The notes: generated by a model not told the origin, from the sequence alone. Positions 27,262 to 36,682 are shown, counted from the first letter of the stretch. The stretch is 64,000 bases of DNA from Gammaproteobacteria bacterium (GCA_965222615.1 CBDCUI010000007.1:576001-640000); one strand, 5' to 3'. Numbers and translations are program-made.

Positions 27262-29295
27262 ATGAAAAAAATTTTTTTAGCTATAGTATTTATTTCACTA
27301 TTTACCCTTTTAAGTACAGCCCATTCCAACCAAACTCTCCCTATAGAAATAAATGGTGAAAGTTATCAAATTAAGTATTGGCCTAGCTATTTCGCTAAAG
27401 AACTAGATATAAATTACGTAGGTACTGATAAAGCTGATGCAGATAAAATAGATATCAGTTTTTATCGTGGCGAAGTCGTTGGTCATCCGGATTCACTGGT
27501 CACTCTTTCTAAAGCCGGTGATGATTTAAATGGCTTAGTATTCTTTTATGGTGAATACCATGAGATTGCTGGCACCATGTCTAAGTTAAATAATCAGTCA
27601 AACACTTCTATGCGAAGTGCAAAAATCCAGATCGCAGATATGGCGAAAAATGTGACACAAGAAATGTGCCCGATTCATACCCATGAACACCAAGAAATGC
27701 AAGCGACTGCTATGGTAACCATGGATACGAACACGAATGGTTTGCCTCCCATTGCATTTGCAGTTGGTAATGTAAATTTGGTCGCCGATGTTGCTTTGGC
27801 TTTAGACCCACAATATGTTTCCGTACATGGTGGCGCGACGAATGCTGTAATTAGAGCATTAGGAACGCTTGATAGGGCTGATATGTTTTATCGTCAAAAC
27901 AAACCCGCTACGGGGGCAGGTGGCTTGGGCATCGCGCTTAATAATGTAAGTGTCAATGTATACGCCAATACATTACCGTTTAATGTTGCCGATATCATCG
28001 ACGCCAGTCCCGATCTCAGTAACGGCTCGCGTCCTGAAATAGACGCCACCGCATATTTAACTAGAATTCAAGCTAACGGTGCAGCATTGTTTGGAAACAC
28101 ACGTACCGTAGGGGCCATGTTTAGTGGTTATGACTTAGACGATACTACTGTAGGTGATGGCGTCGCAGGACTGGCTTTTATTGCAACCACTTGTAGCAAT
28201 CTAGGTGTGAGTGTTTCAGAGGGTTGGGGTACCGAGGCCGCATCTGCTGTAATCACCGCACATGAAATTGCCCATAATTTTGGATCTTGTCATGATGGAG
28301 ACGGTATCCTAAATGCAGGACTAAATCTCTGTCCGGTTACCTCTGTTACTTGCCCTGCGAATGGTGGTTTTATTATGGCGCCATTTGTTAATGCGGTTGC
28401 TACACAATTTTCGCAGTGCTCTATTGCTAATATCGATTCTCACGCAAATCTACAAACCTGTTACAAACAGCCTATCGATATGCAAATTAGCTTACAAAAT
28501 GTTACCCCTGCCGTTAACAATACATTAAATCAAGGTGGCACAAGTGTACGAACATTTAGTGTAAGTAATATGGCTGATGTAATCCTCAGCAATATTAATA
28601 TCTCTGGCACATTAGCAAATCTTAGTGATCCCAATAATCCCAATACACAATATAGTGCAGTCACCTTAGAAGGCAACGCCTGTAGCATTGCGGCAAATGC
28701 TCAGTCTTATATTTGTTCGATTCCAACCATTGGTGCCAACAATGCCGATGTTCAACAAATCGTCGAAACCGTCACAGCTATAGGTACTGGCCAATATAAA
28801 TCTACAACCGAATACCGAAATGTCGTTGCCAATCAGCAAGTAGACATCGAACCACAAAATAGTATTGTAGAGCTAACGCAAGTTATTAATGTAAATGCGG
28901 CGGCTGCACCTCCTGCAGCACCGAGTAATGTACAAGCCATCGCATTATCCACTGGAGACATTCAAGTAAGCTGGACCGATAACAGTAACAATGAGGCTGG
29001 TTTTATTATTGAACGTAGTGAAGATGCGGGCGTAATGTATACGGTTATTCAAAATAACATTGCGGCAAATACTACAAGCTATGTAGACACCAATCTTGTT
29101 GAAGGCACGACCTATACGTACCGCGTCTCGGCAAGTAATAACATGGGCGCAGTAGTCGCAGCTAGTACACCAAGTGCTACCTCTTCTACCAACGCTGTTA
29201 TTTCTTCTGGTGGTGGTGGCGGAGGAGGTGGTGGTGCTTTTTATATTTTGTCATTGTTTTTGTTACTAGCACGAACTTTAACAAGGTCTAAATAA
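27262..29295 (+). CDS. secreted M12B/reprolysin-like zinc metalloprotease with FN3 domain and GlyGly-CTERM anchor
   Basis: Signal peptide; HEIAHNFGSCHD zinc motif; Met-turn GFIMAP; FN3 (WTDNS.NE.GF.IERS...Y.YRV.A); poly-Gly + TM + basic tail. Confidence 0.88.
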   Translation: MKKIFLAIVFISLFTLLSTAHSNQTLPIEINGESYQIKYWPSYFAKELDINYVGTDKADADKIDISFYRGEVVGHPDSLVTLSKAGDDLNGLVFFYGEYHEIAGTMSKLNNQSNTSMRSAKIQIADMAKNVTQEMCPIHTHEHQEMQATAMVTMDTNTNGLPPIAFAVGNVNLVADVALALDPQYVSVHGGATNAVIRALGTLDRADMFYRQNKPATGAGGLGIALNNVSVNVYANTLPFNVADIIDASPDLSNGSRPEIDATAYLTRIQANGAALFGNTRTVGAMFSGYDLDDTTVGDGVAGLAFIATTCSNLGVSVSEGWGTEAASAVITAHEIAHNFGSCHDGDGILNAGLNLCPVTSVTCPANGGFIMAPFVNAVATQFSQCSIANIDSHANLQTCYKQPIDMQISLQNVTPAVNNTLNQGGTSVRTFSVSNMADVILSNINISGTLANLSDPNNPNTQYSAVTLEGNACSIAANAQSYICSIPTIGANNADVQQIVETVTAIGTGQYKSTTEYRNVVANQQVDIEPQNSIVELTQVINVNAAAAPPAAPSNVQAIALSTGDIQVSWTDNSNNEAGFIIERSEDAGVMYTVIQNNIAANTTSYVDTNLVEGTTYTYRVSASNNMGAVVAASTPSATSSTNAVISSGGGGGGGGGAFYILSLFLLLARTLTRSK

Positions 29296-29354
29296 CAAGC
29301 ACTTTATTAAGCTTAATTTCCACTTTCTAAATAACTACTTTTGATTAAAAGTAG

Positions 29355-29729
29355 TTATTTAATTTCAACAATATCTTCCTTTAAGCTAGTCACAAAAGCC
29401 GCAATTTCATCACATTCTTGCTTGGGAATATTTAAAGCCCCCATCGTATCTCCAGCATAACCCATAAAAATTGCCCAATCACTTTCACTAATTCTCATGC
29501 CTTCATGGGAAGCCTTCATATCTCGTCCCGTGTAATACATCGGCCCTTGGGCATTTGCACATAAATAATCGATAAGCAATTGTTTCTCTCGCGCTACTCC
29601 ATCATCCCCTCTATGTTGCCAAAAACGACCTAGTTGTGGATCCGCCTCTAAGCGCGGTAATAGGTCTTCAACAAAAGAAGTAATGCCTTCGTAACCACCT
29701 AATCGTTCATATAGTGTTTTTTTACTCAT
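29355..29729 (-). CDS. group I truncated hemoglobin (2/2 globin)
   Basis: TLYERLGG, GP..YTGRDM...H.GM.I motifs; SD AGGAGG. Confidence 0.9.
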   Translation of the reverse strand: MSKKTLYERLGGYEGITSFVEDLLPRLEADPQLGRFWQHRGDDGVAREKQLLIDYLCANAQGPMYYTGRDMKASHEGMRISESDWAIFMGYAGDTMGALNIPKQECDEIAAFVTSLKEDIVEIK

Positions 29730-29900
29730 GATTTCCTCCTGCTATATTATTTGCAAATAGCGGGTTCTATTAGGATCAAGAATTGCTCTTTATATAATAA
29801 CGGTAGCAAACTTCTATAGCATAAATTGACTGCCAAAGATAATGCCAATCTATGGTACTAATATACTGAGTTTTAACTATCGAATTTTTTCAGCTTTATA

Positions 29901-29931
29901 AAATAAAATCATGGCGATAAGTTGTCACCAT
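29901..29931 (-). terminator. putative intrinsic terminator in the riboswitch expression platform
   Basis: Minus strand ATGGTGA-CAACTTA-TCGCCAT followed by GATTTTATTT. Confidence 0.45.
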
Positions 29932-30044
29932 AACTTAGACACGTTGTAGTATCGAGATGTGAGGATCCTAGCTAAGGGAAGTGTGGAAGCAAGGTAGACG
30001 GGGATTAGAAATAGAGAATGAGAGTTGTTGGAGAAGAGAGGTTC

Positions 30045-30139
30045 ACTATCTGGCAATCCCGCTGTCTTAGAATCCTTGCTTCCGTAGACCGGTAATTTTG
30101 CGCCCCTATCTTTCAATAGGTTTGCCTTTTTTCAGTAGT
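30045..30139 (-). ncRNA. cyclic-di-GMP-I (GEMM-I) riboswitch aptamer
   Basis: Minus strand: ACTACTG-AAAAAA-GGCAAA-CCTATT-GAAA-GATAGG-GGCGCAAA-ATTACCGGTCTACGGAA...TTCTAAGACAGCGGGATTGC-CAGATAGT, matching the GEMM-I layout (GNRA-capped P2, GCAAA junction, GGTCTA/AGACAGCGGG P3, P1 CTG/CAG). Confidence 0.88.
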
Positions 30140-30379
30140 TTGGTTACTCCGTAATAAATTTATCAACGTGTTCAGTGTAGGTGGGTTTATGCATGAATAG
30201 CTTGAATTCAGTCACAATTTCTTGGCCCATGAATCTAACTGTGGCTTAGGCTCAAATTTATTTAATTCTCTTAAAATTCAATAAGTTATCGAGCCAAGGA
30301 CAACAAACGGTAGTAATTAGCCGATAGTTTACACAGAGCGCTTCCACTTCTATATCTGGTCTTTTCATTCTTTCATAAA

Positions 30380-30436
30380 ATGAATTATTACTATGAAAAC
30401 AATTCATTTTACTGAAATCAGCTTTTGCTTGATCAT
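30380..30436 (+). promoter_or_regulatory. OxyR-type binding site and promoter of katA
   Basis: ATGA-N7-CTAT-N7-ATTC (cf. ATAG-N7-CTAT-N7-ATAG) running into TTTACT-N17-GATCAT. Confidence 0.55.
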
Positions 30437-30516
30437 TATTCCTAAACGTAGTTTTCACGCCCTTAACTAACACAAGCTAAGAGCATATCGACACCTTCAA
30501 CTTTAGGAGAACAATT

Positions 30517-32001
30517 ATGGCAAACAATAAAATGACAACCTCAGCTGGCATTCCGATCGTGGATGATCAAAATGCCGTGACTGTAGGTAAACGCGGCCCC
30601 GTGTTAATGCAAGATGTTGCGTTAATGGAAAAGCTGGCACATTTCAATCGCGAAAGGATTCCAGAACGCGTAGTACATGCGAAAGGAACCGGGGCTTATG
30701 GAACTTTTACCCTGACACGCGATATGTCTGACTATACCATCGCAGATTTTTTAAATGGTAAAGATAAACAAACTGAAGTCTTTTTACGCTTTTCAACTGT
30801 TGGCGGTGAAATGGGTTCGGGAGATGCGGAACGCGATCCGCGTGGTTTTGCGGTGAAGTTTTATACTCGAGAAGGTAACCACGATATCGTTGGCAATAAT
30901 ACTCCGGTTTTCTTTATTCGAGACGGGCATAAATTTCCTGACTTTATTCATACCCAAAAACGTGACCCTAAAACCAATTTCAAGTCACCGGAAGCAGTGT
31001 GGGATTATTGGTCCTTGAATCCAGAAGCCATGCACCAAATTACCATTTTGATGTCTGATCGTGGCGTGCCCACTTCTTACCGACATATGAATGGTTACGG
31101 TTCGCATACCTTTGGCATGTGGAATAAAAACGCTGAACGCTTTTGGGTTAAGTTTCATTTTAAAACCAAACAAGGCATTCAATGTCTTAGCGAATCAAAA
31201 TCGCGTGAAATAATTGGACAAGACCCAGATAGTGCACAACGTGATTTAGTCGAGGCCATTGAGCATGGCGATTACCCGCAGTGGAGTGTTAACGTTCAGA
31301 TCATGCCAGAGAAGGAAGCCGAAACCTATAAAGTCAATCCATTTGATGTCACTAAGGTTTGGAATCATAGCGATTATCCATTGATTGAGATTGGCACTTT
31401 GGAACTCAATCGCAATGTGGAAAACTATTTTGCGGAAACTGAGCAATCTGCCTTTGCCCCTAGTAATATGGTTCCTGGTATTGGTGCATCCCCTGATAAA
31501 ATGTTGCAAGCTAGATTGTTTGCCTATCAAGATGCGCATCGTTATCGCATCGGCGCAAATTACAATCAGGTGTATGTGAATTGTCCACATGCCACACGTG
31601 CTCAAAATTATCAACGTGCTGGCGCGATGGCGGGAGTCATGCAACCGGGCTCTTACCAAAACAGTATTGACCATAGTGGAGCAAACTATTACCCGAACTC
31701 TAAGGGTGGACCGGTAGAGGGTACTCTAGTACCGGAACCAGCGTTGCGAATTTCCGGTGATGCCGATCGCTATGATCGAAACAAAGACAACGACGATTAC
31801 TCACAAGCTGGAGATTTGTTTCGCCTCATGTCTGAAGATCAACAACAACAATTAGCAAACAATATTGCAGGTGGTTTAAGTCAGTGTTCATCTGAAGTAC
31901 AAAAACGCATGTTGCCTCACTTTGATCAATGTGATCCAAAATATGGAAGCAAAGTGCGTGAAGCGATTGCTTCTATCATTGATATACGTAAGGCCAGCTA
32001 A
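30517..32001 (+). CDS. katA: monofunctional heme catalase (small subunit)
   Basis: FNRERIPERVVHAKG, RFSTV, RDPRGFAVKFYT, VGNNTPVFF, RLFAYQDAHRYR. Confidence 0.96.
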   Translation: MANNKMTTSAGIPIVDDQNAVTVGKRGPVLMQDVALMEKLAHFNRERIPERVVHAKGTGAYGTFTLTRDMSDYTIADFLNGKDKQTEVFLRFSTVGGEMGSGDAERDPRGFAVKFYTREGNHDIVGNNTPVFFIRDGHKFPDFIHTQKRDPKTNFKSPEAVWDYWSLNPEAMHQITILMSDRGVPTSYRHMNGYGSHTFGMWNKNAERFWVKFHFKTKQGIQCLSESKSREIIGQDPDSAQRDLVEAIEHGDYPQWSVNVQIMPEKEAETYKVNPFDVTKVWNHSDYPLIEIGTLELNRNVENYFAETEQSAFAPSNMVPGIGASPDKMLQARLFAYQDAHRYRIGANYNQVYVNCPHATRAQNYQRAGAMAGVMQPGSYQNSIDHSGANYYPNSKGGPVEGTLVPEPALRISGDADRYDRNKDNDDYSQAGDLFRLMSEDQQQQLANNIAGGLSQCSSEVQKRMLPHFDQCDPKYGSKVREAIASIIDIRKAS

Positions 32002-32009
32002 ACTTTAAA

Positions 32010-32037
32010 AAGCACCGAACTACTTTGTTCGGTGCTT
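32010..32037. terminator. hairpin terminator between convergent katA and oxyR
   Basis: AAGCACCGAAC-TACTTT-GTTCGGTGCTT 11-bp stem with an A-run on its left (U-tract on the minus strand). Confidence 0.7.
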
Positions 32038-32066
32038 GCTGTAGATATATCAATGATATAAAAGAT

Positions 32067-32963
32067 TTATACAATACAGTCACGAATTGCGTCAGCCAAT
32101 AATTTAAATTCGTGTTTCCTAACACTAGATTTTCGCCACGCCAATCCAATTTCGCGATAAGACTTGTCTTTCAAATCTTTGGTTTGTACACGTGTGTTTT
32201 TTAACAGTCCACTATCAATGGCCATTTGTGGAACAAAAGTTATACCTAAATCATTATCCACCATTTGGATTAAACTGTACAAACCACTAGCAGAAAACTT
32301 ACTTAATTTATCCTTACGGCTTATGCTGCATGCACTTAAGGCATGCTTACGTAAACAATGCCCATCTTCTAAAAGCAGGATAGATTCTTTATCTAGCTTA
32401 GTCGGAGAAAAATTTTCAGGATCAATTAGCTTAGTCCCCTTTTTATATGCAAGTTTAAACGGATCATTAAATATAGAAATGGTTTCCGTATTAACAAGTT
32501 CAAAAGGTAATGCCAATAATAAAATATCTAACTCGCCCTCAAGCAATAGTTGATGAATTTTCTTTGTCTGCTCTTCTTTTAGATACAGCTCCAGTTTTGG
32601 GAACCGCTTGCGAATCTTGGGTAAAACCTTCGGTAACAAGAACGGGGCAATGGTTGGAATAATTCCCATTTTTAATATACCGCTTAGTGGTTCTTGTGAG
32701 ACTTTGGCAATATCGACAATGCCTTCTAAATCAAATATAGCTAAGCGGGCCTGTTGTGCGACTAATTTACCTGTAGTTGTAAACACTACACTACGATTAG
32801 TGCGATCGACCAGGGAAGTATTGAGTAGAGACTCAAGCTCCTTAATGGCAACACTGAATGCTGATTGTGTAACAAAACATGCCTCTGCTGCCTTGCCAAA
32901 ATGCAGGTGTTTCTCTAAGGCGATTAAATATCTAAGCTGCTTTACCGTAGGCAGATTAATCAT
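32067..32963 (-). CDS. oxyR: hydrogen peroxide-inducible genes activator (LysR family)
   Basis: HFGKAAEACFVTQ HTH, GIIPTIAPFLLP, LLLEDGHCLRKHALSAC with both redox cysteines. Confidence 0.93.
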   Translation of the reverse strand: MINLPTVKQLRYLIALEKHLHFGKAAEACFVTQSAFSVAIKELESLLNTSLVDRTNRSVVFTTTGKLVAQQARLAIFDLEGIVDIAKVSQEPLSGILKMGIIPTIAPFLLPKVLPKIRKRFPKLELYLKEEQTKKIHQLLLEGELDILLLALPFELVNTETISIFNDPFKLAYKKGTKLIDPENFSPTKLDKESILLLEDGHCLRKHALSACSISRKDKLSKFSASGLYSLIQMVDNDLGITFVPQMAIDSGLLKNTRVQTKDLKDKSYREIGLAWRKSSVRKHEFKLLADAIRDCIV

Positions 32964-32970
32964 CTAAAAA

Positions 32971-33026
32971 ATCGATCACTATAATGATTTTAATGAAATT
33001 TACTTATAGCAGAAATCACCTATCAT
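32971..33026 (+). promoter_or_regulatory. OxyR-type site and promoter divergent from oxyR
   Basis: ATCG-N7-TAAT-N7-ATGA-N7-TTAT overlapping TTTACT-N16-TATCAT; same layout as the katA site. Confidence 0.55.
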
Positions 33027-33032
33027 GACCAT

Positions 33033-33110
33033 ATAGATTGAGTTTTTCATTGCCCCGATACTTTTCGAAGATACTCCTCCCCTCAAACTCCCTTCGGGGC
33101 AATGTTTTTT
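33033..33110 (+). ncRNA. candidate OxyR-activated small RNA with C-rich loop
   Basis: 11-bp stem CATTGCCCCGA/TCGGGGCAATG + T6; loop contains ACTCCTCCCCTC; no ORF; 5' end inferred from the -10 position. Confidence 0.45.
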
Positions 33111-33124
33111 AAACCGCTTTATTT

Positions 33125-33721
33125 TTAATGAATGATATCTAAAAACTCCAAAATCTCTTCGGCTGTGGCGCGCCCATGATGATCATCACTGACTTTTGCA
33201 TATTGAATATAACCCTTATGGTCAATGACAAATGCTGCAGGGTAAGCGGTCTCGTCTGGTGCTTTCCATCTAAGTCCTAGTTGGTTGGTGATTTTATAAT
33301 CCGAGTCGATTACGAAAATGAAGTTAGCGGGTAAATCCTGTTTTTCTTCAAGAGGTACAGTAAATTCTTTGGCTTTTTTATCTAAATTCTTAACTTCACC
33401 TGGGTAAATAAAAATCACAGGTGTATTTTTTTGTTTTTCAAACTCTTCTGCCTTAGCAATATAACCCGCCACTTGTGTAGAACAAACCGGGCATTGATAA
33501 CCAGGAAACCCACGCAACATGATTAAAACTACACTACCTTTTTCTATATGCTTGGAAAGTTGAAAGGGTGCGCCATTCATTGTAATTCCAGAGAAGTCCT
33601 CAATAACTGCCCCTTCTTTAGGTCCTTTTGCAATTTTTTCTGCTGAAGCCGAAGTGCAAAAAAGTGCTAGTAGAAAAATAAATGAAAGAATATATGTTGT
33701 CGTTTTCATGACTGTGCCCAA
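33125..33721 (-). CDS. exported redoxin (AhpC/TSA-like) protein
   Basis: Signal peptide, RGFPGYQCPVC, AYPAAFVID..G.I, GRATAEEIL. Confidence 0.8.
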   Translation of the reverse strand: MGTVMKTTTYILSFIFLLALFCTSASAEKIAKGPKEGAVIEDFSGITMNGAPFQLSKHIEKGSVVLIMLRGFPGYQCPVCSTQVAGYIAKAEEFEKQKNTPVIFIYPGEVKNLDKKAKEFTVPLEEKQDLPANFIFVIDSDYKITNQLGLRWKAPDETAYPAAFVIDHKGYIQYAKVSDDHHGRATAEEILEFLDIIH

Positions 33722-33761
33722 TATAGAATTTGAATATTAGAAGTAAAAAACACGGTGAAGT

Positions 33762-34145
33762 TCAGTCATTATTAGTCATTCTTATTTGATCGATATTTTC
33801 TTCCCAATTTTTACCGTCAAACTTCTGAATAGTAATAGATTTAATTTGAGACTCATCTAAACAACGAACATTTACACTATAGCCATCCGGATGTGATCTT
33901 GGTACATAAAACGATTTAATACCACAAGTTTTACAAAATAAATGTTTGGCTTCATGGGTATCAAAGGTGTAGGTTTCAAGATTTTCCTTGCCCGATAATA
34001 GTTTAAATTTATCTTTAGAAACGATTAAATGTAAATAACCCGATTTAGTACAGATTGAACAATTACACTCAATTACTTGAAGATCAGCAGGTGTCTCTAC
34101 TTCATAGGTAACTTTTCCACAATGGCAACTACCTTTATATTTCAT
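33762..34145 (-). CDS. GFA (CENP-V) family protein
   Basis: GSCHCG, CNCSIC, HLFCKTCG, NVRCLD. Confidence 0.92.
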   Translation of the reverse strand: MKYKGSCHCGKVTYEVETPADLQVIECNCSICTKSGYLHLIVSKDKFKLLSGKENLETYTFDTHEAKHLFCKTCGIKSFYVPRSHPDGYSVNVRCLDESQIKSITIQKFDGKNWEENIDQIRMTNND

Positions 34146-34157
34146 AATGGTTTATTT

Positions 34158-34742
34158 TTATGCGGTAGTCATTTTCTTCAGGGTTCGATCTTTTTTAACC
34201 AAATGATGATATAAAGCAGCCAATATATGCCCAAATATTAGCACTAATACCAACAACTCTCCGCCTAATTCTTTATGAATGTAATCAATTGGCTTTTCAA
34301 ATTCTTTAAAGGTCATATTTAAACCATTTGCAACCAGCGTAGTGAAGGCTTGAGTATCTTCAAATTTTATAATATCAAATAGAAAAAAATATTCCGTATT
34401 CACGCCGGTGCCGATATAGCCCGTTAAAGGCATGAGAATCATCATTGCATATAAGGCATAGTGACCAAGCTTTGCGGCCATGTGTGCGAATGCACTACCC
34501 AGTTCTGGATCCGGCACACGATTTAACAAGCGCCAAATAATTCTTAAGGATACTAAAACCGCTATTGTAATCCCCACTGAGAGATGTAGTTGCAGTGCAG
34601 TCCAATTTTCAGAGGTTTCTTCTTCAGTGAACCAGTGGCGATATTTTACCGCCGCATAAGAACAGAGAAACAAAAACGCTATTAACCAATGCAACCATTT
34701 TGCGATTGATCCATAGGCATGATTGGTGTTCTTAATTGACAC
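34158..34742 (-). CDS. cytochrome b561-family di-heme membrane protein (CybB/YceJ-like)
   Basis: KWLHW, LHLSVG, GHYALY...MPLTG, H...GHILAALYHH..KD.TL.KM. Confidence 0.88.
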   Translation of the reverse strand: MSIKNTNHAYGSIAKWLHWLIAFLFLCSYAAVKYRHWFTEEETSENWTALQLHLSVGITIAVLVSLRIIWRLLNRVPDPELGSAFAHMAAKLGHYALYAMMILMPLTGYIGTGVNTEYFFLFDIIKFEDTQAFTTLVANGLNMTFKEFEKPIDYIHKELGGELLVLVLIFGHILAALYHHLVKKDRTLKKMTTA

Positions 34743-34829
34743 AGTGGTTATTGCAAATTATCAAAAACAAAATTATTAAACTGAACCACTAAAAAATTAT
34801 ACTTTTTATCTTTTTATTATAAGCTCTTA

Positions 34830-36659
34830 TCATTCAACGGTAACTGACTTTGCCAGATTGCGTGGTTGGTCCACATCTGTCCCTTTTAAAATAGCAACAT
34901 GGTAAGCAAGAAGTTGTAATGGCACAGTAAATATAATCGGTGCTACCGCATTTTCAGGAGCATCCACTTCAATAACGATGGTATCGGGTTCTGAAATAAA
35001 GCCAGAGCTGGCGTCGGCAAACACATGCAACACACCTCCGCGTGCACGCACTTCTTCTAAGTTGGATTTTAATTTTTCCAACAATTCATCATTAGGCGCT
35101 ACTGCAATGACAGGAATTTTATCGTCTACCAAGGCAATAGGCCCATGTTTGAGTTCACCAGCAGGGTAAGCTTCGGCATGAATATATGAGATTTCTTTTA
35201 ATTTTAATGCCCCTTCCATGGCAACGGGGTGGTGAATACCTCGACCTAAAAACAAGGCATGCTGTTTATCGCCGTAGTGTTTTGCTAACTTTTTAATCTT
35301 CGCATCCAGCATTAAGACCTCATTGATTCGCGCCGGTAGATTGACGAGCTGTTCCACTATTATTTTTTCCAATTCGTTATGCATGCCGTGGCGACGACCT
35401 GCAGTGATCACCAACATTAACAATGCAACGAGTTGCGTGGTAAAAGCTTTAGTGGAGGCAACCCCGATTTCCGGTCCAGCATGGGTCATAAGTACAAGAT
35501 CCGATTCTCGAACTAAGGAACTTTCTGGAACATTACAAATTACCAATGAACCTATATAGGCTTCTTGTTGAGCTTGCTGTAACGCTGCCAAGGTGTCTGC
35601 GGTCTCACCCGATTGCGAAATGGTCACAAACAATGCACCGGGTTGCACCACATGTTTGCGATAACGAAACTCGCTAGCAACATCTACAAAGCAAGGAATT
35701 CCCGCTAATTCCTCAAACCAAAATTTGGCAATAAGTCCCGCATGAAAACTTGTGCCACAGGCAATAATTTGAATTACTTGAGTTTGATCTAATATTTGTT
35801 TGGCATTGGGACCAAGAATTTGTTCAGCAACATGTCCATTAAATAATCTGCCTTCCAGTGTATCTGCAATGGCCTGGGGTTGCTCATAGATCTCCTTGAG
35901 CATGTAGTGGGGATAACCGCCTTTTTCGGCTGCGTCAGCTGATAATTTGCTGGTTTTCGTTGCGCGCTCTACCACAGCACCAGTTTGGTCAACTATTTTA
36001 ATGCTATCGCGAGTAATTTCAGCGATATCACCATTATCTAAAAATATAAACTCTTGGGTTTCTTTCAACAAAGCCTGCACATCGGATGCGATAAAGTTTT
36101 CTTTTTTACCAATACCAATTACCAGCGGACTTCCATGCCTTGCTGCAATTAATGTATGTGGATCGTCTTTATCAATGACACCCAATGCATACGCACCTTT
36201 TAGGTCTTTTAGCGTTTTATTTACTGCCTCAAATAGAGAGTTCCCTTGATCGAGGTGAAATACAATTTGATGTGCAATGACTTCTGAATCAGTATCGGAA
36301 GTAAATTTAAATCCATGTTTAGTTTGCTGTGCCTTGAGTTCTTCAAAGTTTTCGATAATGCCATTATGTACGATGGCAACACGACCATTACAAATATGTG
36401 GATGAGCATTGTTATCAGCTGGAATGCCATGCGTTGCCCAACGCGTATGTGCGATGCCTAGCTCTCCTGTAAGAGCAGATTCATCTAAGGCTTTGCTTAA
36501 TTCATTTACCTTACCGGTTTTACGAATCCTTTCTAGTTCGCCATTAGCAAGTACTGCCATACCTGCAGAATCATAACCACGGTATTCTAAACGTCGCAGG
36601 CCTTCTAATAATACCGGCGATATATCTCTGTTTGCTATGGCACCTACAATTCCACACAT
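34830..36659 (-). CDS. glmS: glutamine--fructose-6-phosphate transaminase
   Basis: MCGIVG, LEYRGYDSAG, HTRWATHG, PRNLAKSVTVE. Confidence 0.98.
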   Translation of the reverse strand: MCGIVGAIANRDISPVLLEGLRRLEYRGYDSAGMAVLANGELERIRKTGKVNELSKALDESALTGELGIAHTRWATHGIPADNNAHPHICNGRVAIVHNGIIENFEELKAQQTKHGFKFTSDTDSEVIAHQIVFHLDQGNSLFEAVNKTLKDLKGAYALGVIDKDDPHTLIAARHGSPLVIGIGKKENFIASDVQALLKETQEFIFLDNGDIAEITRDSIKIVDQTGAVVERATKTSKLSADAAEKGGYPHYMLKEIYEQPQAIADTLEGRLFNGHVAEQILGPNAKQILDQTQVIQIIACGTSFHAGLIAKFWFEELAGIPCFVDVASEFRYRKHVVQPGALFVTISQSGETADTLAALQQAQQEAYIGSLVICNVPESSLVRESDLVLMTHAGPEIGVASTKAFTTQLVALLMLVITAGRRHGMHNELEKIIVEQLVNLPARINEVLMLDAKIKKLAKHYGDKQHALFLGRGIHHPVAMEGALKLKEISYIHAEAYPAGELKHGPIALVDDKIPVIAVAPNDELLEKLKSNLEEVRARGGVLHVFADASSGFISEPDTIVIEVDAPENAVAPIIFTVPLQLLAYHVAILKGTDVDQPRNLAKSVTVE

Positions 36660-36682
36660 GATATTTTCTTTTCTTTATTTAA

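Noticed and set aside
29985-30083. Long imperfect inverted repeat first read as 6S RNA or a retron msr/msd
   Set aside because: Explained by aptamer/anti-aptamer pairing; no reverse transcriptase nearby and no 6S-like central bubble.
29925-30116. 63-aa minus-strand ORF
   Set aside because: Starts inside the riboswitch aptamer, has no SD and no recognisable protein features; better explained as RNA structure.
30258-30473. 71-aa minus-strand ORF upstream of katA
   Set aside because: Overlaps the katA promoter and OxyR-like site, has no clear SD and no recognisable motifs.
36660-36682. glmS ribozyme
   Set aside because: The glmU-glmS gap is only 23 bp.
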